Shown piece after piece: positions 8,821 to 18,147 of a stretch of DNA of 62,423 bases (positions are counted from its first letter, which is position 1; the number at the start of each line of letters is the position of its first letter). The DNA is from Candidatus Latescibacterota bacterium. GTDB lineage: Bacteria; Latescibacterota; UBA2968; UBA8231. A program made the position numbers and the translations under genes. The stretch is taken from NCBI GenBank assembly GCA_009691525.1, contig SICG01000002.1, positions 1 to 62,423 of the forward strand, written 5' to 3'. The notes below the pieces were generated by a model. That model searched no databases, was not told the origin of the DNA, and worked only from the letters and a program-made list of their open reading frames with translations.

Positions 8821-9615
8821 TTGTTGTCTTCATTCAAGGTCATGTTGCTCGGCGGTCGGGGCAATATCGGCTCCGGCCTGCGCAAGTATATGCCCCAACT
8901 CGATGCGCGGTACCGATTTGTCTGCGTCGATCTGCCAGGGGCCCGCAACCGCGGCCCCGCCGGCGAGGGCGAGCAGTTCGTCGAGCTCGATTTCTTCGCC
9001 GATCCCGAGGCTTTCCGCCGACTGCTGCCCGGCGTGGACCTGGTGGTGTACCTGGCCCGCCAGGGCGGCCTGGCAGAGATGAACCAGATGACCGACCTGG
9101 TCTACGAGTCGGTGCTGGCCCAGGACCCGGCGCCGATGATCATCGGCTCCAGTTCGGTACACGCCGTGGACGCGGCCTATCTCTTCTACGAAAAGGAGCC
9201 CTACCCGCTCATCGCCCAGCGCCGCTTCGCCGAACTCGGCTCCTCCTGGCCGCGAATCCCGGCCACCCTGCCGGCCTGCCCGGTAAACCACTATGGCGAC
9301 GAAAAGGCCTATGTGGAGGCCTGGACCCACCGGCTGGCGCTGCAGGGACGGGCTGCGGTGGCTGCCCGCTGGGGGGGCGTCAACGCCGAAAACAAGATGC
9401 ACGGGGAGATCGCCTACTTTTCGGTGTGGTGCCACCAGGAGGACGCCGCGCGTTTCGTGCACGCCTGCTTCAGCACCCACCGCAATGGCACCCTCAAAAG
9501 CGGGGCGCACTATTTCGTGATCTCCAATAACACCTACAACATCTTCGACATCAAGACGCCCGCCGAGGAGATCGGCTACCAGCCGCTCCACGATGCCGAG
9601 GTGTTCTATCGCTAG
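8821..9615 (+). CDS. NAD-dependent epimerase/dehydratase-like (extended SDR) protein
   Basis: 264 aa. Rossmann motif LLGGRGNIGSG and YGDEK (YxxxK). Start is uncertain: TTG at 8821 or ATG at 8842. Confidence 0.6.
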   Translation: MLSSFKVMLLGGRGNIGSGLRKYMPQLDARYRFVCVDLPGARNRGPAGEGEQFVELDFFADPEAFRRLLPGVDLVVYLARQGGLAEMNQMTDLVYESVLAQDPAPMIIGSSSVHAVDAAYLFYEKEPYPLIAQRRFAELGSSWPRIPATLPACPVNHYGDEKAYVEAWTHRLALQGRAAVAARWGGVNAENKMHGEIAYFSVWCHQEDAARFVHACFSTHRNGTLKSGAHYFVISNNTYNIFDIKTPAEEIGYQPLHDAEVFYR

Positions 9616-9623
9616 TCCGGCCT

Positions 9624-11117
9624 TCAGCCCCGGCGGAAGAGCTGTACCTGCGGCCGGAACTCCACTCCCTCGTCCAGCGGAAAGATGGGGCGGGCGCATC
9701 GGGTGTGCCCCAGGCGGCGCAGATTGGCGCTGGTCGATCCGGGGGCGTCCACGTCGATCAGTTTGGCGCACCAGTCGGCGAACATGCGGGGCTCGCAGTG
9801 GGGGGATTTCACCACCACCAGATCAAAATGGCGGGGGTTCTGGCCGTTGGCGTAGAACCACGAGCGGTCGAAGAGGCTCACCGGGCGGCTGCCCACCACC
9901 ACGGTGAGGTTGCCGGCCTCCAGGACGGCGGTGTCGCCCGCGTCCCAGGGCCAGCCAAAAGATTCGCTGCGGAATTTCCCATCCGAGAGCAGCCGGACGC
10001 GGGCCTCCAGGGCCAGGGGTTGGAAGCGGGCCGGGTCGCAGGCACCGCCCAGGGTGGTGTGAATGCGCCCGCCCACCCCGGCGGCAAAGGCCTGGCGCAC
10101 GGCCCCCGGATCGACTATAGGTGCCAGCACCCGCCCACCATAACCCTGGCGGATCAGTTCAGCCAGGATCGCATTGCTGTCGCCCGAGGCCCCCGAACTG
10201 GTGGCGTCGGCTGCGTCCATCATCACCACGGTTCCGCCCCTGACCCCGGCGGCGAGGCGGACGCTTTCTGCTAAGCTGGTCAGGGGCACCTGCATAGACT
10301 CGTGGTGTTTCCAGAAAAGGTTGGCCAGAGTCAGGGCATGGCTCCGCGCCCCCTCCTCGTTATCGTCCATGACCACCACACTGCTGGTGCACAACTCGGG
10401 CACATCGGTGAAGGGATTGCCCCACATTACCCCCGCTGAAAGCCCAGTGCCGCTGGCTTCGATCTCCTCGGACAGCGCGATGCACTCCCGGATGGCGCCG
10501 GTCTCCGTGATCAGCTCATTGCCGCGCACCAAGGCCGGGATCTTCACCCGCGCGGTCACTGGGCGGACCCCGCCGAGGACCTTCCTCAACAGGGTGGCGG
10601 CGCGCGCGCCGGTTGCAAAAAAATCGACGTGCGGGTAGGTGTGGAAGGGCACGACCGCATCGCTGTGTGCCAGCATGCGGTCGGTCAGGATGCCGTGCAG
10701 GTCCAGGGAAACGACGAAGGGGATCCGTGCTCCCAGGATGCGTCGGGCTTCCTGGAGCAGGAAACCCTCGGGATCGTCCTCGCCCTCTGCCTGCATGGCG
10801 CCGTGCAGGGAGAAGTAGGCGGCATCGACCGGGCCGGCAGCGGCCAGGCCGTCGAGGAACTCGCCGCAGAGCCGCGCAAAACTGGCGGCCTCCAATATCC
10901 CGCCAGAGGTGTTTGAGCTGGCCCCCAAGGCGGGCACCACCTCGATGTCCGGGGCCGCGGCGAAGACCTGCAGCGCGCCGCCCACTTCCTCGCGCACCCG
11001 GCGGTGGTACTCCAGCAAGGCAGGGCCGCGCAGCAGCCGGAAGTCATCGTACCGGCTCGGCACGGGGTTGAAAGACGAGACTTCTTGTTTGCACTCGGCC
11101 ACGGCGATGCGGGGCAT
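9624..11117 (-). CDS. MlrC-family (M81, microcystinase C-like) metallopeptidase
   Basis: Track ORF 9624..11129. I prefer ATG at 11117 (MPRIAVAECKQEVSSFNP), which has GGAG 7 nt upstream. FSLHGAM..DDPEG..VSLDLHG..FHTYPHVD follows the DUF1485/MlrC layout. Confidence 0.75.
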   Translation of the reverse strand: MPRIAVAECKQEVSSFNPVPSRYDDFRLLRGPALLEYHRRVREEVGGALQVFAAAPDIEVVPALGASSNTSGGILEAASFARLCGEFLDGLAAAGPVDAAYFSLHGAMQAEGEDDPEGFLLQEARRILGARIPFVVSLDLHGILTDRMLAHSDAVVPFHTYPHVDFFATGARAATLLRKVLGGVRPVTARVKIPALVRGNELITETGAIRECIALSEEIEASGTGLSAGVMWGNPFTDVPELCTSSVVVMDDNEEGARSHALTLANLFWKHHESMQVPLTSLAESVRLAAGVRGGTVVMMDAADATSSGASGDSNAILAELIRQGYGGRVLAPIVDPGAVRQAFAAGVGGRIHTTLGGACDPARFQPLALEARVRLLSDGKFRSESFGWPWDAGDTAVLEAGNLTVVVGSRPVSLFDRSWFYANGQNPRHFDLVVVKSPHCEPRMFADWCAKLIDVDAPGSTSANLRRLGHTRCARPIFPLDEGVEFRPQVQLFRRG

Positions 11118-11160
11118 AGGGGACTCCACGTCCGGGGATGAGGGGTGAAAATACCGGAGG

Positions 11161-11203
11161 AAAAAAGCGCCGGGCGGGTCTGGTTGTCAAGCAGACCTGC
11201 CCG
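11161..11203 (-). terminator. Intrinsic-terminator-like hairpin plus T6 tract on the minus strand, about 45 nt upstream of the mlrC-like start
   Basis: Minus strand reads CGGGCAGGTCTG-CTTGACAAC-CAGACCCGCCCG followed by GCGCTTTTTTCC. The stem is 12 bp with one mismatch. Confidence 0.45.
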
Positions 11204-11335
11204 ACAAGTGAGCCTGGGCAGCGAGGCACCGCCGCCACCCCAAAAACATCTGACCTTGGCGACCAGGGCCGCACCTTTGGATAATAGATAGGGAAGGATG
11301 GCGACAGCGTCGTCCTGATCGCGATTGAGACGAGG

Positions 11336-11998
11336 GTGAGAGAGGTAGCCCTGGCGCAACCGGGACGGCTGCCGGCCACCAAGACGTTGATCGAGTACGG
11401 TTGGGACGTGCCCAGTCCGGCCTATCTGCGGGATCACATCGGCCAGATGGAGGAACGGCCCTTCGACGGGGTGATCATGCGCCTGGAGGGCAAGGGCAGA
11501 GGTCTCATCTTCAGCGGCGGGAAGTGGGACCAGGCACACTATCAGGCTGACCAGGAGGCGCGGGCTGGGATCAAGTGGGGCAAGTTCCGGCACAACTTTA
11601 TCATGATCTACGCCGCCTCGGGGCAGGACTGGTTTTCGGACTCCGATTGGGAAGGGGTGCTGGGCAACCTGGCGATCATGGCCCAGGCCGCGGTGGCGGG
11701 CAAGTGTCACCTGGCCTTTGATCCGGAGCCGTACGGGAAGAACCCTTGGACCTACCCTGAGCAGCTTCATGCCGGACAGCAGGCCTTTGCCGAGTACCAG
11801 GCGAAGGTACGGCAGCGCGGGCAGCAGTTCATCGAGGTCATCGGCCAGTACCTGCCAGGAAATGTGCTGCTGACCCTCTTCAGTTATAGCACCTTCGCCG
11901 GCCAGACGGACATCGCCGCCCCGAGCCGGAACTCTCCTGCTGGTCGCAGCTGGTCAGGGGCTTTCTGGAGCCGGCCAACTTTGGGCTCTGGACCTTGA
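11336..11998 (+). CDS. Hypothetical protein, probably truncated or degenerate at its 3' end
   Basis: 220-aa ORF with good GC3 bias through about aa 185 (TLIEYGWDVPSP...PFDGVIMRLEG...). The tail (QTDIAAPSRNSPAGRSWSGAFWS) looks like out-of-frame sequence. No family recognised. Confidence 0.4.
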   Translation: MREVALAQPGRLPATKTLIEYGWDVPSPAYLRDHIGQMEERPFDGVIMRLEGKGRGLIFSGGKWDQAHYQADQEARAGIKWGKFRHNFIMIYAASGQDWFSDSDWEGVLGNLAIMAQAAVAGKCHLAFDPEPYGKNPWTYPEQLHAGQQAFAEYQAKVRQRGQQFIEVIGQYLPGNVLLTLFSYSTFAGQTDIAAPSRNSPAGRSWSGAFWSRPTLGSGP

Positions 11999-12023
11999 AG
12001 TAGTTGTCCTGCGCTCATGCCAG

Positions 12024-12107
12024 GCCGAATTCGCCGGCAAGATCATCGCCGCCCTCCTGCCCGGCAGCGGCGAGCGCTACCTGTCTACGGTGCTCTTTCA
12101 GGAGTGA
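12024..12107 (+). pseudogene. cysK: Cysteine synthase (CysK/CysM-type) C-terminal remnant
   Basis: My translation of 12024-12107 is AEFAGKIIAALLPGSGERYLSTVLFQE*. This matches the conserved extreme C-terminus of O-acetylserine sulfhydrylases (..ILPDxGERYLST.LF). No upstream body of the gene is present. Confidence 0.5.
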
Positions 12108-12120
12108 GCACCTGGCCGGC

Positions 12121-14022
12121 TCAGAGTTCGAGCTGGAGACCCAGGATCACCACCCGGTTGGGCGGGATGCGGAAGAACTGGGTCACGTCCCAGGCATTGT
12201 GCGAGAGAAAGGAGAAGAGCTGGCGGCGCCAGCGGGGGGCTGACCAGTGCGAGTGGCGTCGGACCACCAGGATCTCGCGGCCCAGGAAGAAGGTGGTCTG
12301 CATCAGCGCAAAGGTGAAGGTTTCGGTGCGGATCTTGGATAACTCGGCGGTCAGGTTTGGCATCTCGCAGAAGCCGTAGCGGAGAATGAGCCGGTAAAAG
12401 CCCTCGCCCAGATAGTTCAGCTCGGCCCGCTCGTCGGGATCTAGATAGGGGACAGCGGCGGTCTGCACGGTCAACAAGATGATGCTCTCGTGCAGCACCT
12501 TGTTGTGTTTGTAGTTGTGCAACAGGGTGATGGGGATACCCGCCGGGTTGCCGCTGAGAAAGACGGCGGTGCCCGACACCCGCCGGGGGGCATGGTCGGC
12601 GGCTTCCTGCAGGAAAAGTTCCACCGGCAGCAGCATTTCCTCGATGCGTGCTCGAAGATATCTGCGGCCCTGCTCCCAGGTGGACATCAACAGATAGATG
12701 CCGCTGGCGATCAGCAGGGGCAGCCAGCCGCCGTCGTGGATCTTGAGCAGGTTGGCAGCGAGGAAGGACAGATCGGGAATTAGGAAGGCGCCGGTAAGGG
12801 CCAGGGCCGCCAGGGGCCGCCAGGACCAGACATGCCGGGCGGCGCTGTAGAGGAGCAGGGTGGTGAAGAGTTCGGTGTTGGAGATCGCGATGCCGTAGGC
12901 AGCGGCCAGGTTCCCGGACTCGCGGAAGAGCAGCATCAGCAAGATGGTCCCCACCATCAGCATCCAGTTGATGGCGGGCAGATAGACCTGGCCGATCTCG
13001 CTGGTGGAGGTCTGCCGGATCTCCAGACGGGGACAGTACCCTAGCTGTATGGCCTGGCGGGTGAGGGAAAAAGCGCCGGAGATGATCGCCTGGGAGGCGA
13101 TCACCGAGGCCATGGTGGCCAGGGCCACCATGGGCAAGAGGGCCCAGGAGGGGACCAGAAAATAAAAGGGATTGGCGATTGCCTCCGGGGAGCGCAAGAG
13201 CAGGGCGCCCTGGCCAAAGTAGTTGAGCAGCAGGCAGGGCAGGGCGGCGCAGAACCAGCCCCACTGGATGGCGCGCCGGCCAAAATGCCCCATGTCGGCG
13301 TAGAGGGCCTCGCCGCCGGTGACCACCAGAAAGACGGCGCCCAGCACCACAAAGCCGTGCCAGCCCTCGGCGGCGAAGAAGCGCACCGCAAAACGCGGAT
13401 CGACTGCTTTCAGCACTTCCGGGGTATGGGCGATGGAGATGGCCCCCAGCAGACCGATGGCGGCGAACCACACGATGATGATGGGGCCAAAGACCACGCC
13501 GATCTTGCCGGTCCCGAAGTGCTGAAAAGAGAAGAGGATGAGCAGGATGACGATGGAGACGGGCAACACGTAGGGCTGAAAGAGGGGGGTGGCGATACTC
13601 AAGCCTTCCACGGCGCTGAGCACGGAGATGGCCGGGGTGAGCATGCCATCGGCGTATAATAAAGCCGCCCCGAATACCCCCAGGCTGACCAGTACCCAGC
13701 TGCGGTTGGGCCGCGCCGAGGTCACCAGCGCCATCAGCGCCAGGATGCCGCCCTCGCCGCCGTTGTCGGCCCGCAGCACAAAGACCAGGTACTTGCAGGT
13801 GATGACCAGCAGCAGGGACCAGCAGATCAGCGAGAGGATGCCCAGGACATTGGTCTGGGTGGGGGGCAGGCCATGGGTGCCGATGAAACACTCGCGCAGC
13901 GCGTAAAGGGGACTGGTGCCGATGTCTCCGTATACCACGCCAAGGGCGCCCAGAACCAGCAGTGGCAGAGGATTGTGGTGGATGCCGTCGGTGTGTTCGG
14001 CCTTTTTGGTGAAACGTTTCAT
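12121..14022 (-). CDS. kup: KUP/HAK/KT family potassium transporter
   Basis: 633 aa: LGALGVVYGDIGTSPLYAL, ADNGGEGGILAL, multiple TM segments and a C-terminal cytosolic domain. Confidence 0.9.
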   Translation of the reverse strand: MKRFTKKAEHTDGIHHNPLPLLVLGALGVVYGDIGTSPLYALRECFIGTHGLPPTQTNVLGILSLICWSLLLVITCKYLVFVLRADNGGEGGILALMALVTSARPNRSWVLVSLGVFGAALLYADGMLTPAISVLSAVEGLSIATPLFQPYVLPVSIVILLILFSFQHFGTGKIGVVFGPIIIVWFAAIGLLGAISIAHTPEVLKAVDPRFAVRFFAAEGWHGFVVLGAVFLVVTGGEALYADMGHFGRRAIQWGWFCAALPCLLLNYFGQGALLLRSPEAIANPFYFLVPSWALLPMVALATMASVIASQAIISGAFSLTRQAIQLGYCPRLEIRQTSTSEIGQVYLPAINWMLMVGTILLMLLFRESGNLAAAYGIAISNTELFTTLLLYSAARHVWSWRPLAALALTGAFLIPDLSFLAANLLKIHDGGWLPLLIASGIYLLMSTWEQGRRYLRARIEEMLLPVELFLQEAADHAPRRVSGTAVFLSGNPAGIPITLLHNYKHNKVLHESIILLTVQTAAVPYLDPDERAELNYLGEGFYRLILRYGFCEMPNLTAELSKIRTETFTFALMQTTFFLGREILVVRRHSHWSAPRWRRQLFSFLSHNAWDVTQFFRIPPNRVVILGLQLEL

Positions 14023-14030
14023 CTAGGGGC

Positions 14031-14719
14031 CTAGTCGGCGAGGGGTAGGGTAAAGGTGAAGGTGCTGCCGGCGCCGGGTGCGGACTCCACCCAGATGGCG
14101 CCGCGGTGGGCCCGGACGATTTCCTTGCAGATGGCCAGGCCCAGCCCGGCGCCCTGGGGCTCGGCCTGGCCTTGGATCTGGACGAATTTCCCGAAGATCT
14201 TGGACTGGTATTCCTGGGGGATGCCGATCCCGTCGTCGCACACTGCCAGGTGAAGCTGGTCGTTGAACTGCCGGGCTCTAATATAAATATGCCCGCCCCT
14301 GCCCACGTAGCGCAGGGCGTTGGAGACCAGATTGGTGAGCACCCAGGTGATCTTGTTGAGGTCGGCCCTGACCGCCGGCAAGTCAGGGGGCAGCTGGGTG
14401 GAGATCTCCACCTCCTGGGCCTGGGCCTGAGGCCCAAAGATCTGCCTGACCCGTTCGCAAAGCAAGCGCCACCGGAACCCGGTCGAACTCCAAGTCTATC
14501 CTGCCCGCCTCGATCTCCAGATCCAGCAACTCCTCCACCAGGTGTTTGAGCCGCCCCACCTCGGCGTGGGCGGCGGCCAGGAGTTGGTTCTGGCGCTCGT
14601 CCAGTTGTGCGGTCGCCCCTTCCATCAGCAGCTCGATGCTCATGCCGATGCTGGTCAGCGGGGTTCAACTCGTGGGAGGCGGTCATGACGAACTGGCTCT
14701 TGAGCTGCTCCACCTCCTT
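14031..14719 (-). pseudogene. Sensor histidine kinase pseudogene (5'-truncated, at least two frameshifts)
   Basis: An intact HATPase_c lies in ORF 14031..14465 (NLVSNALRY, DDGIGIP, GAGLGLAICKEIV). The DHp region is in another frame (14383..14643). The H-box reads FVMTASHELNP then shifts, where SHELRTPLTSI is expected; this fits a 2-nt loss near 14655-14668. No sensor or N-terminal region is present. Confidence 0.75.
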
Positions 14720-14992
14720 ATCGAGCGCCTGTGGCGGACGGTCAAATACGAAGAGGTCTTCCTCAAAGACTACGGACATCTCTTCGCCGCCCGTGAAAGT
14801 CTGGACGAATACTTCCGTTTCTACAACGAACGAAGGAGACACACCAGCTTGGGTAAACGAACCCCCGCCGAAGTCTACTGGAACGGTCGAACCCGCACGG
14901 CAAAGGCAGGATGAAACGGCAACGGCGATCAAACAACCCGGCGGTCCACCTTATACAAGCCCGTTTTTTGTCTTGACAACCCAGACCACCTT
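14720..14992 (+). mobile_element. IS3-family transposase (OrfB) C-terminal remnant with probable right end
   Basis: The + frame reads IERLWRTVKYEEVFLKDYGHLFAARESLDEYFRFYNERRRHTSLGKRTPAEVY (14720-14914), the conserved tail of IS3-family integrase-fold transposases. No DDE core lies upstream. The right boundary (about 14992) is a guess, based on lower GC and a TTTTTTGTCTTGACAACCCAGACCACC terminal-repeat-like sequence. Confidence 0.65.
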
Positions 14993-15023
14993 AGTATCCT
15001 GCAAGTTATCGAACCCAGATTTA

Positions 15024-15067
15024 TTGAAAAACGCAAGGGGCGGAAGCCGGCAGCCGACCTCCGCCCC
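15024..15067 (-). terminator. Rho-independent terminator for the 15104..16231 gene
   Basis: GGGGCGGA (15037-15044) pairs with TCCGCCCC (15060-15067). On the minus strand the hairpin is followed by TTGCGTTTTTCAA. Confidence 0.6.
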
Positions 15068-15103
15068 TCAATGGTCGGGCAACAACAGCGCGCTACTAAG
15101 GGG

Positions 15104-16231
15104 TCAGACCGCGTAGGCCACCGACCCGTCCCGCCGCAGCGGGGTCTGGGCGCTGTTGAGGGAGTTGAAGGGGGTGCTGGCGATCAGCGCGTCGTCTAAC
15201 TCCACGCCCAGACCTGGGACCTGGGGGATGGGGATGTACCCACCCTCTCGTTTATAAGCCAGCTTGTAGATCGCGTTGTGCGGGGCTTCATCGCCTTTGG
15301 TGTATTCCTGGGTGACGAAATTGGGAATGCTGGCGTCCAGGTGCAGGGAGGCGCAGGTGGTCAGGGGCCCGAGGAAGTTGTGGTTGACCACGGCGCAGTG
15401 ATAGGACTCGGCGATGGCGGCGATCTTCTTGCAGTGCGAGAGACCGCCGGCCAGGGCTACGTCCGGGCGCACGTACTGGGGACCGCCCTTTTCGAGTAAT
15501 TCGCGGAACTCCCAGATGGTGGTCAGCCGCTCGCCGTTGCCCACTGGCATGGGGAAACGGCGGGCCAGTTCGGCCTGGGACTGGATGCTGTCGATCTGGA
15601 TGGGGTCCTCGATGAAGAGCAGGTTGAAAGGGGCCAGGGCCGCGGCCATGGACAGGGAACTGAGCGGGGTGAGTTTGCGGTGGACCTCGACGATGAGGTC
15701 CAGGTCCGGCCCGCCCCCTTCGCGGGCGGCAGCCACCAGGTCGCGGGCGGTTTTCACCAGCCGGTCAGTGGCCATGTCCTGAAAGTTGCCCACCAGGGGG
15801 TCGAACTTGAGGGCGGTGAAGCCCTCGGCCACGGTCTCCTTGGCCACCTGGAACATGGTTTCGGGGGTGGAGCCGCCGGCCATCAGGTGCAGGCGGATGG
15901 TATCCCGGCAATTCCCGCCCAACAACTGCCAGACCGGGGCCTGGAAGTGTTTGCCCTTAATATCCCACAGGGCGATGTCCACGGCGCTGAGGGCGCCGCA
16001 GAGCACGGTGCCGCGAAAGGGCCCCATCCGGTACAGATATTGCCAGTGGTGCTCGATGCGAAGCGGGTCCTGGCCGATCAGGTACTTGGCGAAGACATTG
16101 ACCACTCGTTCTACCGCCTCGGGGTACCCCCAACAGGCGGTAGAGCCGATGCCGCTCAGCCCGGTGTCGGTGTGGATGCGGGCCACGTAGCTATTGCCTA
16201 GCAGGAAGGATTCGATGTGATCGATTTTCAC
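15104..16231 (-). CDS. Enolase-superfamily (mandelate racemase/muconate lactonizing enzyme) sugar-acid dehydratase
   Basis: 375 aa: MKIDHIESF..., DIALWDIKGK, IVEVHRKL, FIEDP, GERL, RPDV..GG, which is the MR/MLE metal-ligand pattern. Confidence 0.8.
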   Translation of the reverse strand: MKIDHIESFLLGNSYVARIHTDTGLSGIGSTACWGYPEAVERVVNVFAKYLIGQDPLRIEHHWQYLYRMGPFRGTVLCGALSAVDIALWDIKGKHFQAPVWQLLGGNCRDTIRLHLMAGGSTPETMFQVAKETVAEGFTALKFDPLVGNFQDMATDRLVKTARDLVAAAREGGGPDLDLIVEVHRKLTPLSSLSMAAALAPFNLLFIEDPIQIDSIQSQAELARRFPMPVGNGERLTTIWEFRELLEKGGPQYVRPDVALAGGLSHCKKIAAIAESYHCAVVNHNFLGPLTTCASLHLDASIPNFVTQEYTKGDEAPHNAIYKLAYKREGGYIPIPQVPGLGVELDDALIASTPFNSLNSAQTPLRRDGSVAYAV

Positions 16232-16311
16232 GGTGGGCTCCTGGTGGTAAAGAGGGGGGCAATCCTCTATATTATCAGCTTTGTGACCTAAGCCGACAAG
16301 GAGAAAGAGTC

Positions 16312-17067
16312 ATGTCGAAGCTGCGTTTTGCCGCGCCTGTAGAAAGACGTGCAGCCCTGATCACCGGTGGGGCTCGGGGCCTGGGGCGGGCCTGCGCCCT
16401 GCGCCTGGTCGAAGAAGGACGCGATATTGTCATCGCCGATGTGCTGGCGGAGCGGGGTCAGGAGACGGTCAAAGAGATCGAGGCGCTGGGGCAGAAGGCA
16501 ATTTACCTGGAGACCGACGTCACCGACGAGGCCGCGGTGCAGCGGACCGTGGCCCGCACGGTCGAGATTTTTGGCCGGCTCGATATCCTGGTCTGCTGCG
16601 CCGGGATCCTGGGTTGGGAAAAACCCTTCTTTGAGCAGCCGGTGAGCCAGTTCGACAAGGTGATGAGGATCAATTTGTACGGGGTATATCACGCCCATCA
16701 GGCCGCCGTGCCGCACATGCTCGAAAGGGGCTGGGGGCGCTGCGTGACCATCACCTCTGGCGCGCGTTTCGGCTCGCCCAACCAGGTGCCTTATTGTGTG
16801 TCCAAAGGAGCGGTTTTTTCTTTTATCCAGTCCCTGGGCAATGCCTGGCCCAAGCAGGGGGTGCTGGTCAACGGGGTCGAACCCGGCCGGGCCCTCACCG
16901 AGATGGTGGTGCCGCGTTTCTCCGCCGAACACCTGGCCAATCCGGGCACCCCGATTGGGCGTTATTCCGATCCCGAGGAGGTGGCCGAGGTGGTGGAGTT
17001 CCTCTGCTCGGAGCGCAATACCTATACCACCGGTTCGGTCTGGAGCGTGAAAGGAGCCAGCGGCTGA
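16312..17067 (+). CDS. Short-chain dehydrogenase/reductase (SDR)
   Basis: 251 aa: ALITGGARGLGRA (TGxxxGxG) and YCVSK (YxxxK). Confidence 0.85.
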   Translation: MSKLRFAAPVERRAALITGGARGLGRACALRLVEEGRDIVIADVLAERGQETVKEIEALGQKAIYLETDVTDEAAVQRTVARTVEIFGRLDILVCCAGILGWEKPFFEQPVSQFDKVMRINLYGVYHAHQAAVPHMLERGWGRCVTITSGARFGSPNQVPYCVSKGAVFSFIQSLGNAWPKQGVLVNGVEPGRALTEMVVPRFSAEHLANPGTPIGRYSDPEEVAEVVEFLCSERNTYTTGSVWSVKGASG

Positions 17068-17156
17068 CACCTGTCCCTGCCCCCTGTCCCCTAAACAGGA
17101 AGGGGGAACGATCTCAGTATGGAGAGGCCAAACCAACGCTGTAAGAGGAGTGAGGG

Positions 17157-18125
17157 ATGGAATACCGCAAGCTGGGCCGGGCCGGGGTCAAAGTCTCGCG
17201 TATCTGCCTGGGCACCGCTTTCCGGGCTTTCTGGAACGGGCAGAGCGACGAGGCCACCAGCATCAAGGTGATCGAAAAAGCGGTGGAGTTGGGCTGCAAT
17301 TTCATCGATTGCGCCAATTACTATTTTGCCGGCCGCTGCGAGGAGGTGCTGGGCAAGGCGGTGGCGGCTCTGGGCAATCGCGACGACTTGGTGATCACCT
17401 CCAAGGCGTGGAGCCCCATCGGCGAGGGGCCCAACGACCGGGGCCTCTCCCGCTTTCACATCATGCGCGAGGTTGAGCGCAGCCTCAAGCGGTTGGGCAT
17501 GGATCATATCGATCTGTACCTGTTACACCATTGGGATGCGGACACCCCCCTCGACGAAACCCTGCGGGCCATGGACGATCTGGTGCGGCAGGGCAAGGTG
17601 CGCTATGTGGGTGCCTGCAATCATAGCGCCGCGCAGGTGGTGGAGTCCCTGTGGGTGGCCCAGGTGGGGGGCTATGATCCCCTGTTCTGCCTCCAGAACC
17701 AGTACAACCTGCTCCACCGCCGCGAGTGCGAGCCCGAACTTTTGCCCCGCTGCCGGCAACACGGTCTGGGCATGATGACCTACAGCCCCCTGGCCATCGG
17801 CCTGCTCAGCGGCCGGTTTCGGCGTGGCCAGACCCCACCGCCGAACACCCCCTGGAGCCAGGGGCAGTACGAGTTCGAGAAGGCGATGACCCCACAGGCC
17901 GACCGCGTGGTGCAGGCTCTCATCGATATCGCCGCCGCCCGGGGCAACACCCCGGCCCAGGTGGCCATCGCCTGGATTCTCGACCACCCCGAGGTCAGCG
18001 CCCCCATCATCGGACCAGATTTTCCCGAGCAGGTGGAGGAGGTGTTCGGGGCGCTGGAGATCGCGCTCTCCGCAGAGGAACGCGCGGCGCTGGATCAGGT
18101 GTCCGCCGACGAGGGGCAGCTATAA
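17157..18125 (+). CDS. Aldo/keto reductase
   Basis: 322 aa: MEYRKLGRAGVKVSRICLGT, IDCANYY, DLYLLHHWD, GACNHS. Confidence 0.85.
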   Translation: MEYRKLGRAGVKVSRICLGTAFRAFWNGQSDEATSIKVIEKAVELGCNFIDCANYYFAGRCEEVLGKAVAALGNRDDLVITSKAWSPIGEGPNDRGLSRFHIMREVERSLKRLGMDHIDLYLLHHWDADTPLDETLRAMDDLVRQGKVRYVGACNHSAAQVVESLWVAQVGGYDPLFCLQNQYNLLHRRECEPELLPRCRQHGLGMMTYSPLAIGLLSGRFRRGQTPPPNTPWSQGQYEFEKAMTPQADRVVQALIDIAAARGNTPAQVAIAWILDHPEVSAPIIGPDFPEQVEEVFGALEIALSAEERAALDQVSADEGQL

Positions 18126-18147
18126 TGGATTATCACAAGGGTCCTGT

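Noticed and set aside
12098-14932. 944-aa minus-strand ORF spanning kup, the kinase remnant and the IS remnant. Similar very long ORFs include 1324..3252 (-), 42215..43510 (-), 49787..52198 (+) and 59486..60733 (-).
   Set aside because: These are stop-poor alternative frames typical of a high-GC genome. Their translations are Arg/Pro/Gly/Ala-rich with no motifs, and each overlaps a frame with clear family signatures and proper GC3 bias.
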